Notes under the pieces: generated by a model | Told to the model about the DNA's origin: nothing | Database searches by the model: none | What the model saw: the letters and a program-made list of their open reading frames with translations, nothing else | Part shown: positions 39,795 to 49,355 of the stretch, piece by piece | How the letters are laid out: each line of letters opens with the position of its first letter | How positions within the stretch are numbered: the first letter of the stretch is position 1 | Source: Bacteroidia bacterium | GTDB lineage: Bacteria; Bacteroidota; Bacteroidia; B-17B0; Aurantibacillaceae | Assembly (NCBI GenBank): GCA_018000995.1 | Contig: JAGNIU010000007.1 | Location: forward strand, 1 to 64,000 | Direction of reading: 5' to 3' | Length of the DNA: 64,000 bases | Position numbers and translations under genes: made by a program

Positions 39795-41276
39795 ATGTCA
39801 GTTTGGAGAGTAAAACCTGTTTCGGCGTTTGAAGCCGACATGAAAAAGAGCGATTTAAAACGCGTTCTAACAAAATGGGGATTAACATCGTTAGGTATTG
39901 GTGCTATTATTGGTGGAGGTATTTTTACCTTAACCGGTATTGCGGCTGCCGATTATGCCGGTCCCGCTTTAGCTTTATCATTCGTTATTGCAGGTATTGG
40001 TTGTTTATTCGCGTCCTTGTGTTATGCTGAGTTTGCTTCTGTATTACCTGTTGAAGGATCAGCTTATGCTTATGCTTACGGAACAGTTGGTGAATTATTC
40101 GCATGGTTTATTGGCTGGAATTTAATTTTAGAATACATGATGGGCGCAACCACAGTGGCTGTAGCCTGGAGTGGATACTTTTGTAAACTATTGCATTTGT
40201 TTGGTATTGATGTCCCCATTCATTTAAGTAATGATATGGCCACTGCTACCGAAAAGTGTTTGGCAGCAGGCTTAGATGCCCCAAGTTTCGCATTTAACAT
40301 TCCTGCTTTTATTATTACATGGATTGTGACTGCGATTTTAGTAAAAGGTATTAAAGAAGCTGCTCGTACAAACAACGTCATAGTTGTAGTTAAAATTGCC
40401 GTTGTATTATTTGTAATTATTGTTGGTGCGTTTTATATCAATACTGAAAATTGGACACCGTTCATTCCGGATAAACAAAGTATAATTGGTGAAGATGGTT
40501 CTGAAACTTTTAAATTTGGTTTTGGAGGTGTTTTAACTGCTGCTACAATTGTATTCTTTGCTTATATCGGTTTCGATGCTGTATCAACTCAAGCTGGTGA
40601 AGCTATTAATCCTAAAAAGGATGTTCCTTTCGCTATTATCGCTTCATTAGTAATTTGTACTGTGCTATACATTCTGGTATCATTAGTATTAACAGGAATG
40701 GTAAAATACGATCAGTTAGATAAAGCTGCGCCGGTTGCTTCTGCATTCTCCGGTATAGGAATTAATTGGGCTGTATTTATTATTACAATTGCTGCCACTG
40801 CAGGTTTAACATCGGTAATGTTAGTGATGATGTTAGGACAAACGCGTGTATTCTTAGGAATGGCAAAGGATGGTTTATTGCCGTTTGGTTTGTTTGGTAA
40901 ATTACACGATACATTTAAAACGCCATACAGAAGTACTATCTTAATAGGTGCAATTATTTCTATTGTCGCATCTGTTACACCAATCAGTAGAATTTCGGAA
41001 ATGTGTAGTATGGGAACATTATTAGCATTTGCGATGGTGTGTGTGGCTGTAATGATTTTAAGAAAGAAAAAACCTGAGTTAGAAAGACCATACAGAACTC
41101 CTGCTGTTTATGTAGTAGGATCATTAGGTGTTGCGTTCAATATCTTCTTAATGTGTTTTGTAAGAAAAGAAACTTGGATCGCCTTCATGGTTTGGGGAGC
41201 AATCGGAATTATTGTTTACTTCTTGTATAGTAAACGACATAGTAATTTGAATAACTCACACAAGGAAGGTTTATAA
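39795..41276 (+). CDS. APC-family amino acid permease (cationic amino acid transporter-like)
   Basis: 493 aa; 12-13 TM; N-terminal GAIIGGGIF motif typical of amino acid permeases. Confidence 0.85.
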   Translation: MSVWRVKPVSAFEADMKKSDLKRVLTKWGLTSLGIGAIIGGGIFTLTGIAAADYAGPALALSFVIAGIGCLFASLCYAEFASVLPVEGSAYAYAYGTVGELFAWFIGWNLILEYMMGATTVAVAWSGYFCKLLHLFGIDVPIHLSNDMATATEKCLAAGLDAPSFAFNIPAFIITWIVTAILVKGIKEAARTNNVIVVVKIAVVLFVIIVGAFYINTENWTPFIPDKQSIIGEDGSETFKFGFGGVLTAATIVFFAYIGFDAVSTQAGEAINPKKDVPFAIIASLVICTVLYILVSLVLTGMVKYDQLDKAAPVASAFSGIGINWAVFIITIAATAGLTSVMLVMMLGQTRVFLGMAKDGLLPFGLFGKLHDTFKTPYRSTILIGAIISIVASVTPISRISEMCSMGTLLAFAMVCVAVMILRKKKPELERPYRTPAVYVVGSLGVAFNIFLMCFVRKETWIAFMVWGAIGIIVYFLYSKRHSNLNNSHKEGL

Positions 41277-41292
41277 TTAAAAGGATAAACAA

Positions 41293-41326
41293 AAAACCCT
41301 GAAGGACTCCTTCAGGGTTTTTTTAT
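41293..41326 (+). terminator. rho-independent terminator after amino acid permease
   Basis: ccctgaagg / ccttcaggg 9-bp stem, 3-nt loop, then TTTTTTTATT. Confidence 0.8.
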
Positions 41327-41350
41327 TATCATGATGAGCTTACCGAATCA

Positions 41351-41809
41351 TTAAGCTTCTTCTAAATCCCGTTCGCTGGGTTCAAAAATAAATTGCTTGG
41401 CTAAAACAATAACGGTAGCGCCAATAGATTGTTCAATTATCTGCCAGAAAAAATCAGTAATTAAATAAGTGGAAGTCATGTTTTGTGTAAACGAAATATG
41501 CAACACAGTCATAATTGCAAACAAGCTTACTCCAACTATAACTGCCGAAATAAATCCGCGTAATAAAATGTTATCAAAAAACTGGAGAATTTTTGTTTCG
41601 AAAACGCGGTATAAAATGTAAGAGATAACTAAATAAGCAAAGGCTGAAAGACAAGCAAACCAAATTAAAGGAAATTGAATTTGCTTGAAATCATTTAATA
41701 TAACGCCATGCCAAACGAAGAAAGCTACATACATAGCAATGGCGCCAAGTATCCAACTGAGAAAAAACCGTAATGTATAACGCATGTGTCTAAGTACTAT
41801 ACGGTGCAA
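41351..41809 (-). CDS. hypothetical integral membrane protein
   Basis: 152 aa; 4 predicted TM helices. Confidence 0.45.
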   Translation of the reverse strand: MHRIVLRHMRYTLRFFLSWILGAIAMYVAFFVWHGVILNDFKQIQFPLIWFACLSAFAYLVISYILYRVFETKILQFFDNILLRGFISAVIVGVSLFAIMTVLHISFTQNMTSTYLITDFFWQIIEQSIGATVIVLAKQFIFEPSERDLEEA

Positions 41810-41874
41810 ATGTACTCAATATAAAAAAAGTGAGCAATTAAAGCTTGTATATTTTTGTTAATCAGATAGTTATG

Positions 41875-42849
41875 TTACTCTATATTGAAGAATAATTGCT
41901 CTTCTTTTGCTTTAGCGTGGTGGTAATAAATGATGATTTCTTTGCCGGATTTAGTCTTCGCAAATAACTCGTAGCATTTACCATTAAAGAAGCAATTTAA
42001 AACTACGACAGAAATATCCGCTTCCTTTTTTGCGCAATCGCTAAATTGGTTGGGACGTAACAAGGCCCGTTTTTTATTTTTGAAGTGAGTTGAAGTTTTT
42101 TCGAAATCTAAATGTTCAATCACATTATAGTCGCCTAATATTTTTGCAATTTTTAAATTCTTTGGTTTGTAGTAAACTTGTTCCTTACTTCCAATTTGCG
42201 CAATTTTTCCACTTACTACTACTGCAATTCTATCAGCATACTTTAAAGCTTCTTCGGCCTGATGCGTAATTAGAATTACGCCGCAATGTTTTTTTTGCGC
42301 TTCGTGAATTATGAAATCAAATAATTTATCTTTTAGTATTTTATCCAGATTACTAAATGGCTCATCTAACAATAATAATTTAGGAAAAGAAGTTAAAGCC
42401 CGAGCAATAGCAACCCGCTGTTTTTGTCCGGATGATAAATTTTTCGCTTTTAAATGTTTAATGCTCTCCAATTCCAACAACTTTAAAATTTTACGGCTAC
42501 GTTTTTCTTTGTATTCATCCGTAAAGCCAATCAGCATGTCTTTAATGTTTTCTTCTACACTGTGATTATCTAAAACATAATAATCTTGACTCACCAACTT
42601 CATATCCGGATAACCGGGAATTAAATTGTAAGAGGGACCTAATACTTTTTGTTTATTGAAAATGATTTCGCCTTCGGTAATATCTTCTAAACCATAAACG
42701 CATTTCACTAGTGTAGTTTTTCCTTCTCCGCTGGGGCCAAGTAAAGCTAATACTTCGCCATCGTTAACTTCAAACGATACGTTGGTGATACCTGTAAATG
42801 CGGTTTGGTTTTTGTAATTAAAGGATATGTTTTTAACCTTAAGCAGAAT
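41875..42849 (-). CDS. ABC transporter ATP-binding protein with C-terminal TOBE-like extension; non-canonical start
   Basis: ORF track begins at GTG 42708, but the in-frame upstream stretch encodes LKVKNISFNYKN..LALLGPSGEGKTTL (Walker A) with no ATG back to the stop at 42853; signature LSSGQKQRVAIARAL, Walker B LLLLDEPFSNLD. Confidence 0.7.
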   Translation of the reverse strand: MLLKVKNISFNYKNQTAFTGITNVSFEVNDGEVLALLGPSGEGKTTLVKCVYGLEDITEGEIIFNKQKVLGPSYNLIPGYPDMKLVSQDYYVLDNHSVEENIKDMLIGFTDEYKEKRSRKILKLLELESIKHLKAKNLSSGQKQRVAIARALTSFPKLLLLDEPFSNLDKILKDKLFDFIIHEAQKKHCGVILITHQAEEALKYADRIAVVVSGKIAQIGSKEQVYYKPKNLKIAKILGDYNVIEHLDFEKTSTHFKNKKRALLRPNQFSDCAKKEADISVVVLNCFFNGKCYELFAKTKSGKEIIIYYHHAKAKEEQLFFNIE

Positions 42850-43691
42850 TAATTACGAAACAGAGTGAGGTAGCTTTTTAATTTATAACTTTTTCCATCG
42901 AAGCCGGTAGCTTCTAAAACGTAGAAATAAGTACCTGGTTCGCAAAGCATGCCGCTGGTTGTGTAACCATCCCAAAATCCATTCACAGTTTCCCAACCAT
43001 AAACAAAATTTCCGAAGCGGGTGTACACATTTACCTTCATCTCTTTAATTCCTCTTGCAATTGGTTTAAAAATATCATTAATACCATCTGCGTTAGGCGT
43101 AAAAATATTTGGTAAGGTTATCCCTGAAGAGTCTGATAAATAAAAAGCGTAACTCGAAATGGTTGAACAGCCATTCAAATTCATCGCCACTAAATTAACT
43201 GTGTAAGCGCCACTAGCTGAATAATTATGCGAAGCGTTTGCTGTTGTATAAGTTGTAGCCGTTTCACTAAAAGTCCATAAGTAACCATCAGCATTGGTAG
43301 AAAAATTAGTAAGGTCGATTTGATTAGGAAAACCAACTGAAGTTAAGCTTGCCGAAAACATAGACGATGGAGAAATACCTATAGAAACAGAACTTGCTGT
43401 AGTTACAGTTCCGGATGCGTTTGAAACGGTTAAGGATACAGAATAAATCCCTGCATTTGTAAAAGTAATTCCTGTTGATGGTTGATTTGTGCTTAATACA
43501 AAATTAACACCATTAGCCGGACTAACTGTCCACGAATAAGCAGTAGGGGTATTAGTAGTTAAAGAGTTAAAAATGAGAGACTGCTGAGTACAAAGTATAC
43601 CTGTAGGCGGAACGATGGTAGCAGTTGGTGCCTGACCAAAAGCAGTAATGCCAATTAGTATGGATACACTTAAATAGAGCTTTCTTAACAC
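42849..43691 (-). CDS. secreted repeat protein with T9SS type-B C-terminal sorting domain
   Basis: 280 aa; signal peptide; Thr/Ser-rich Ig/PKD-like repeats; C-terminus IFTPNADGINDIF..YFYVL matches gliding-motility C-terminal domain. Confidence 0.75.
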   Translation of the reverse strand: MLRKLYLSVSILIGITAFGQAPTATIVPPTGILCTQQSLIFNSLTTNTPTAYSWTVSPANGVNFVLSTNQPSTGITFTNAGIYSVSLTVSNASGTVTTASSVSIGISPSSMFSASLTSVGFPNQIDLTNFSTNADGYLWTFSETATTYTTANASHNYSASGAYTVNLVAMNLNGCSTISSYAFYLSDSSGITLPNIFTPNADGINDIFKPIARGIKEMKVNVYTRFGNFVYGWETVNGFWDGYTTSGMLCEPGTYFYVLEATGFDGKSYKLKSYLTLFRN

Positions 43692-43692
43692 A

Positions 43693-44766
43693 TCATAAAT
43701 TTACTAAAAAATTTAACGTATCAACTCCGTCGGCATACTCAGTAATAACAGGCTGTTGTGAATAACCAAAAGGCACGAAGCCAGGTCCTTTTCCAACAAT
43801 ACACTGGATGTTTTCCTTATTTTCTTCCAAATACTGTTTTACTTCAGTTTCCGAATCAAATTCCTGGTAATAAAGCACCGAAACAGGCGAAAACAAACCT
43901 TTATCCTCTTTAATAATCAGAAAATTATTATCTAAAAACTTATCTAAATTCAATAAGTAAATCGCCCTGTTATAATCGTAATTATTACCGTATTTTTTAT
44001 TGTCCACCGCAAATTTGTAATCGAAAACAGCTTCAAAAACAGGATCGAAAACAAAGCCTTTTGGTACCAATAATTTGGAAACATTACGACACCCTAATCC
44101 AAAATAAAGAAATATATCGCGACCTAAATTCTTTAAATCTTCGAGGCTTTCTTTTCCGGTGATAACAGCGACAGAGGTTCTGTTTTTACGGATAATGTTC
44201 GGATATTTCCCGAAATAATATTGAAAATGACTTGCGGTATTATTAGTGCCTGTTGCAATAACGGCATCAAAATTAACAAGCTTTGCTTCACTGAATTTTA
44301 TGTTTTCTCCAAGCGAAGGTTCGTAATGTTCAAGTAATTTAATAAAGAAAGGCATCAACACATTATCATCTGATGACAGTTTTAAAAGGACTTTATGTCC
44401 GCTTAATAACACACACAATAAATCATGAAAGCCAACCATTGGAATGTTGCCAGCCATAATAATGGCCACCGTTTTTTGTTGTTTAGGCTCAGGAATGTTT
44501 TTAGCGAAATCAGCAATTGATTTCTCATCTAACATGGCTGAAATATTAAGTAGGGCTTCCTTCACAAAATCCTTAATAAACCAGCCGTTATAAATAAGAG
44601 CGGTATCTATAAGTTGGTCAAGTCCTTGGTGCAAACCTTTCTCTTTTTCATCCCAATTGTCGTTAAAATGCTGCTTAATAAACAAACCGCATTTAACAAA
44701 AGCTGCTTTTCTCGTTTCCAAATTCATAATTACGTAGTATATTTGTGGTCTGTTTAAGAATTGCAA
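43693..44766 (-). CDS. acyl-CoA reductase (LuxC-like) family protein
   Basis: 357 aa; [10 protein letters not shown] catalytic-Cys region; adjacent ferredoxin as in Flavobacteria. Confidence 0.55.
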   Translation of the reverse strand: MQFLNRPQIYYVIMNLETRKAAFVKCGLFIKQHFNDNWDEKEKGLHQGLDQLIDTALIYNGWFIKDFVKEALLNISAMLDEKSIADFAKNIPEPKQQKTVAIIMAGNIPMVGFHDLLCVLLSGHKVLLKLSSDDNVLMPFFIKLLEHYEPSLGENIKFSEAKLVNFDAVIATGTNNTASHFQYYFGKYPNIIRKNRTSVAVITGKESLEDLKNLGRDIFLYFGLGCRNVSKLLVPKGFVFDPVFEAVFDYKFAVDNKKYGNNYDYNRAIYLLNLDKFLDNNFLIIKEDKGLFSPVSVLYYQEFDSETEVKQYLEENKENIQCIVGKGPGFVPFGYSQQPVITEYADGVDTLNFLVNL

Positions 44767-44777
44767 AACTAAGTAAA

Positions 44778-45128
44778 ATGGCTATTATAATTACAGATGA
44801 ATGCATTAATTGTGGGGCTTGCGAACCTGAATGTCCGAATAATGCAATATATGAAGGGGGAGCAGAGTGGAGATTTGCCGACGGAACCGGCGTAAAAGGG
44901 ATGTTTAAAGGAAAGAATTCAGGTATTGAAGCTAATGCAGAGGATCCTCAAACACCTGTGTCAATGGATTTATATTTCATTGTTTCTGATAAATGTACGG
45001 AGTGTGTTGGTTTTCACGACGAACCTCAATGCGCGGCTGTTTGTCCGGTTGACTGTTGCATTAAAGACGACGGTAACGTAGAAAACGAAGAAGAGCTTTT
45101 AAAGAAAAAAGAATCATTGCACCTATAA
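44778..45128 (+). CDS. 4Fe-4S dicluster ferredoxin
   Basis: Start at ATG 44778 ([20 protein letters not shown]); second cluster [17 protein letters not shown]. Confidence 0.85.
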   Translation: MAIIITDECINCGACEPECPNNAIYEGGAEWRFADGTGVKGMFKGKNSGIEANAEDPQTPVSMDLYFIVSDKCTECVGFHDEPQCAAVCPVDCCIKDDGNVENEEELLKKKESLHL

Positions 45129-45138
45129 TATTGAATTT

Positions 45139-45501
45139 ATGAAACTACAATTTATTACCATACTATCTGTTTTAGCAATTTTTGCTTTTTCTTGTAAATC
45201 AAAAAAAGCAGGTGGTAGCACAACTGAAGATTTATATACACCGGGGGAAGCTCAACTAAAAGCTATTCAAGTGAAATTTGCAGATGCAACTGCGGCAACT
45301 TTAAAAGAAGGTTACGATGTTTACATGGGACCATGTACTAATTGTCATGGTAAGAAAAACATGTACAAACACTCTGAAGCTGATTGGCAAAAGGATATTA
45401 ACCGTATGGCACCTAAGGCAAAAATTACCGATGTACAAAAGGATGCGCTTTGGAAATACGTATTATCAATGCGTTTAGCTAAAGGAACTCCGGCCAACTA
45501 A
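45139..45501 (+). CDS. small c-type cytochrome lipoprotein
   Basis: 120 aa; lipoprotein signal (AIFAFSCKS); single CxxCH heme motif (CTNCHG). Confidence 0.7.
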   Translation: MKLQFITILSVLAIFAFSCKSKKAGGSTTEDLYTPGEAQLKAIQVKFADATAATLKEGYDVYMGPCTNCHGKKNMYKHSEADWQKDINRMAPKAKITDVQKDALWKYVLSMRLAKGTPAN

Positions 45502-45564
45502 AACCCAAAACATTATTATATTTAATTAATGGCGGGTTGTTAGCCCGCTAAGTAAAAAACTATT

Positions 45565-46896
45565 GTGAAAACTTTAACCAATAAACAACATATAAAAGAA
45601 ACTGTTCTTTTGTCGCTACCACTTGTGGCTACACAAATTGGCTATGTGTTTACGGGTATGGCCGACAATTATTTTTTGGGTCAGATCGGTAAAACAGAAT
45701 TAGCAGCCGGTGTTTCTGCCAATGGCATTTTTGTTTTGCTATTGGTGTTTTGTATTGGCATGAGTTATTCGGCCACGCCATTAGTTTCTTCGGCTCATGT
45801 AAATGGAAATTTAGAACGGAAAGCTTTGTTGTTTAAAAATTCATTGTTCTTAAATACAACAGTTGCAACTCTTGCGTTCCTGATCATGTTTTTTTTAAGT
45901 CCTTTAATGGATTATATGCAACAACCAGCAGATGTTGTCGCTTTATCGAAACCATTTTTTAATGTATTAGTGTTTTCGATGATACCTGTTTCATTATTTT
46001 TTACTTGTAAGCAATATGCCGAAGGATTAAGTAATACAAAGGCGGCGATGTACATTAGTATTATTGGTAACGTATTAAATATTATTTTAAACTATGCTTT
46101 AATATATGGTAAATGGGGTTTACCTGAGATGGGCTATATGGGTTCGGCATGGGCTTCATTTATTGCGCGTAGTTTTATGGGCATTTCTTTTTTGTGGTAT
46201 GTGTTTTATAATCCACAAACCAACGACATAAAATTATTTTTCAAAAAAGTAAAAATAGGGGGTGAAGCTTTAAAATCACTTTGGAAAATTGGGATTAATT
46301 CCGGTATGCAATTTACATTTGAAGTAGCGGCTTTTGTTATTGCTTTATTTATGGCGGGAAAATTTGGGAAAGAACAAATCGACGCCCATGGCATTGCTAT
46401 TACGTTGGCATCATTCACTTACATGTTCGCGAGTGGAATCAGTAGCGCTTCAACCATTCGTGTAAGTAATTTTATGGCTGAAAATAATAAAGTGGAATTA
46501 AAGAAGGCAGGGAATATGGCGGTGTTATTAGTATTAGCTTGTATGGGATTTTTCGCCATATTATTTATGGCATTTAGGAATGTACTTCCAGGTTTTTTTA
46601 CTGATGATAAAGCAATTATAGATTTAACATCGAGTTTACTTTTAATTGCGGCCGTATTTCAATTATTCGATGGATTGCAAGTGACTTCTATTGGCATGTT
46701 ACGCGGAATGGAAGATGTAAAATTTCCAACCTACATTACATTAATTGGGTATTGGGTTTTAGCATTACCACTCGCATACGTTTTAGGTTTTGTCTGCAAG
46801 ATGGAAGTGATTGGTATTTGGTGGGCGCTGACGTTTAGTCTCGTATTTGTGGGAGTGATTCTTTATTGGAGATTTCGTTCTTTAACGAAGGGATAA
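45565..46896 (+). CDS. MATE family efflux transporter
   Basis: 443 aa; 12 TM; typical MATE/NorM repeats. Confidence 0.85.
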   Translation: MKTLTNKQHIKETVLLSLPLVATQIGYVFTGMADNYFLGQIGKTELAAGVSANGIFVLLLVFCIGMSYSATPLVSSAHVNGNLERKALLFKNSLFLNTTVATLAFLIMFFLSPLMDYMQQPADVVALSKPFFNVLVFSMIPVSLFFTCKQYAEGLSNTKAAMYISIIGNVLNIILNYALIYGKWGLPEMGYMGSAWASFIARSFMGISFLWYVFYNPQTNDIKLFFKKVKIGGEALKSLWKIGINSGMQFTFEVAAFVIALFMAGKFGKEQIDAHGIAITLASFTYMFASGISSASTIRVSNFMAENNKVELKKAGNMAVLLVLACMGFFAILFMAFRNVLPGFFTDDKAIIDLTSSLLLIAAVFQLFDGLQVTSIGMLRGMEDVKFPTYITLIGYWVLALPLAYVLGFVCKMEVIGIWWALTFSLVFVGVILYWRFRSLTKG

Positions 46897-46952
46897 TTTG
46901 ACAATTAGTCAATTTGACAATGGTTTTGACTTTTTACTTCTAACTTTTCACT

Positions 46953-48800
46953 TTACTTAAAACTCTGCATATCGCAAAGCTTTTTATAGATGCCGTTTTG
47001 AGCGATTAGTTGATTGTGATTACCACGCTCTGCGATTTCGCCGTATTGTAATACAATTATTTCATCAGCATTTGCAATCGTGCTTAAACGGTGTGCAATA
47101 ACAATACTGGTTCTGTTTTGCATTAAATTACTTAACGCATCTTGCACTAATTTTTCACTTTCAGTATCCAATGCTGAGGTGGCTTCATCTAAAATTAATA
47201 TCGGTGGATTTTTTAATACCGCCCGGGCGATGCTTAAACGTTGTCTTTGACCACCACTTAATTTTCCGCCACGATCGCCAATGTTGGTATCGTAACCATC
47301 GGGTAGGGCAACAATAAAATCGTGTGCGTTCGCAATTTTAGCGGCTTTAATAACATCTTCTTTCGAGGAAGTGTTAATACCAAAAGCAATATTATTAAAG
47401 ACGGTATCATTGAACAAAATACTTTCTTGCGATACCATTCCAATTAAACCACGCAGTTCTTTTATTTTTAAATCTTTTAAGTTTACGGAGTCGATTAATA
47501 ATTCCCCTTCATCCACATCATAAAAACGAGGCACCATATCCGCTAAAGTAGTTTTACCACTTCCGCTTTGCCCAACCAATGCAATAGTTTTTCCTTTGGG
47601 GATAACAAGATTAATCTTCCTTAAAACATAACCTGAATCGCCTTTACGATAAGCAAACGACACATTTTTAAATTCGATTTGAGAATTAAATCCTGAAACA
47701 GTTTTTGCGTTTTCTTTTTCAATGATATTAATTTCCGCATCTAATATTTTTGCAATACGTTCTTCAGAAGCAATACCTTTTTGAATGTTATTATAAGCTT
47801 GTGTGATTTGTTTAATGGGAGGAACGATTTGTGAAGCCACTGCAAAATAACCAATAAACGCAGCCGCACTTAAAACTCCCGATTCTGATAATACCATATT
47901 CCCACCAATAAAAAGTATCAGCATTAAAATGCCAACTACAACTACTTCACTAATAGGAGAAGTTAAGTCTGTTTTGCGATACACTTTTACCGATTGGTTA
48001 TAAAATTCCTGATTCGTTTTATCAAATTTATTTTTAATGTAAGTTTCTCCTGTAAACGCTTTGATGATTTTTAAACCACCAAGGGTTTCTTCCATTATGT
48101 TGAACAGATTTCCTAAAATTTCTTTGCTCTTTCTGGCGTTGCGTTTTAAACTTTTTCCAATTACTGCGACAATAATTCCCGCCACCGGTAAAAATAAAAG
48201 AACGTACAATGTTAAGTAACCGCTGATGGAAATCAACATCGACAAAGAAATAATAATGGTTAAGGGTTCTCTGAAAATTAATTCTAAGGTTTGCATGATG
48301 CTCCATTCAATTTCCTGCACATCGCTGGTCATACGGCTCATGATATCACCTTTGCGTTCGTCACTATAATACGATAAAGGAAGATTCAATGTTTTTGAAA
48401 GTAATTTGTTTCTCAAATCGCGAACTACACCGTTACGGATAGGCGCTACAAAATACATGGCCAGATAACGGAACAAATTCTTGAAAAACACAAGCACAAA
48501 TACCATTATGCAAATGAAAAACAGAGCTTCTGCTTTCCCTGAATTAATAATAAACGAAGCCATGGTACGGTTAAATTCAGAAACAAAGTAATCGGTACTT
48601 AACGAAAAAGCCCGTACAGGCTCTCTTAATACTTTCAGGTAATCGGCTGTGTCTTTTTTGAATAGTAAGTCCATAAAAGGCATAACCAATGCTAATGAAA
48701 CTACCGAGAAAACAGAGAAGAGAATATTGAAAAAAATATTGAGGGAGGCATAGCCCCAATAACCCTTAACATATTTTAATACGGAGAATAATTTACCCAT
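46953..48800 (-). CDS. ABC transporter permease/ATPase fusion (MsbA-like exporter)
   Basis: 615 aa; 6-TM domain then NBD with GQSGSGKTT, LSGGQRQRLSIARA, ILILDEATSALD. Confidence 0.85.
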   Translation of the reverse strand: MGKLFSVLKYVKGYWGYASLNIFFNILFSVFSVVSLALVMPFMDLLFKKDTADYLKVLREPVRAFSLSTDYFVSEFNRTMASFIINSGKAEALFFICIMVFVLVFFKNLFRYLAMYFVAPIRNGVVRDLRNKLLSKTLNLPLSYYSDERKGDIMSRMTSDVQEIEWSIMQTLELIFREPLTIIISLSMLISISGYLTLYVLLFLPVAGIIVAVIGKSLKRNARKSKEILGNLFNIMEETLGGLKIIKAFTGETYIKNKFDKTNQEFYNQSVKVYRKTDLTSPISEVVVVGILMLILFIGGNMVLSESGVLSAAAFIGYFAVASQIVPPIKQITQAYNNIQKGIASEERIAKILDAEINIIEKENAKTVSGFNSQIEFKNVSFAYRKGDSGYVLRKINLVIPKGKTIALVGQSGSGKTTLADMVPRFYDVDEGELLIDSVNLKDLKIKELRGLIGMVSQESILFNDTVFNNIAFGINTSSKEDVIKAAKIANAHDFIVALPDGYDTNIGDRGGKLSGGQRQRLSIARAVLKNPPILILDEATSALDTESEKLVQDALSNLMQNRTSIVIAHRLSTIANADEIIVLQYGEIAERGNHNQLIAQNGIYKKLCDMQSFK

Positions 48801-48852
48801 AATGACACAACGAAGATAACAACAAATTATTATAAAATTCTCACTATCTTTA

Positions 48853-48941
48853 CCCTGTTGGATTAGAACATCAAATTGAAAAAAATCCTACGGGGCTTCC
48901 CTGTTGGATTAGAGTATTAAATTTAAAAAAATCCTACAGGG
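48853..48941. promoter_or_regulatory. two tandem 43-bp imperfect palindromes in msbA-like/rbfA divergent intergenic region
   Basis: ccctgttggattag-N16-aaatcctacgggg (48853-48895) and ccctgttggattag-N16-aatcctacaggg (48899-48941); ends 8 bp before rbfA ATG. Confidence 0.5.
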
Positions 48942-48949
48942 TAAACCCA

Positions 48950-49288
48950 ATGGAAAGCGTAAGGCAGCAAAAGGTAAATAAGCTGGTTCAAAAAGAACTG
49001 GCAGAAATCTTCAGAAGCGAATCGAAAAACCTTTTTGGAGGTGCGTTTATTACTGTTACTCAAACAAGGGTTAGTCCTGATTTAGGGATTGCTAAAGTGT
49101 ACATCAGTATTATGGCCACTAAGGATAGACAAGCTATTTTTAATTTGGTGCAGGAAGAAAAAGCAGCTATCCGTAAACGTTTAGGTAATTTGGTTGGGAA
49201 ACAATTAAGAGTTGTTCCTGATTTGGTTTTCTTTATTGATGACTCTTTGGATTACGCAATGAAAATAGAGGAGCTCTTAAAAAAATAG
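48950..49288 (+). CDS. rbfA: ribosome-binding factor A
   Basis: 112 aa; KH-like RbfA family (RVSPDLGIAKVYIS). Confidence 0.9.
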   Translation: MESVRQQKVNKLVQKELAEIFRSESKNLFGGAFITVTQTRVSPDLGIAKVYISIMATKDRQAIFNLVQEEKAAIRKRLGNLVGKQLRVVPDLVFFIDDSLDYAMKIEELLKK

Positions 49289-49355
49289 CCACTAAATCAC
49301 AAAGGCACAAAACCCCACAAAACTATATTTAGTGAAATTTTGAGCTTTAGAGTTT

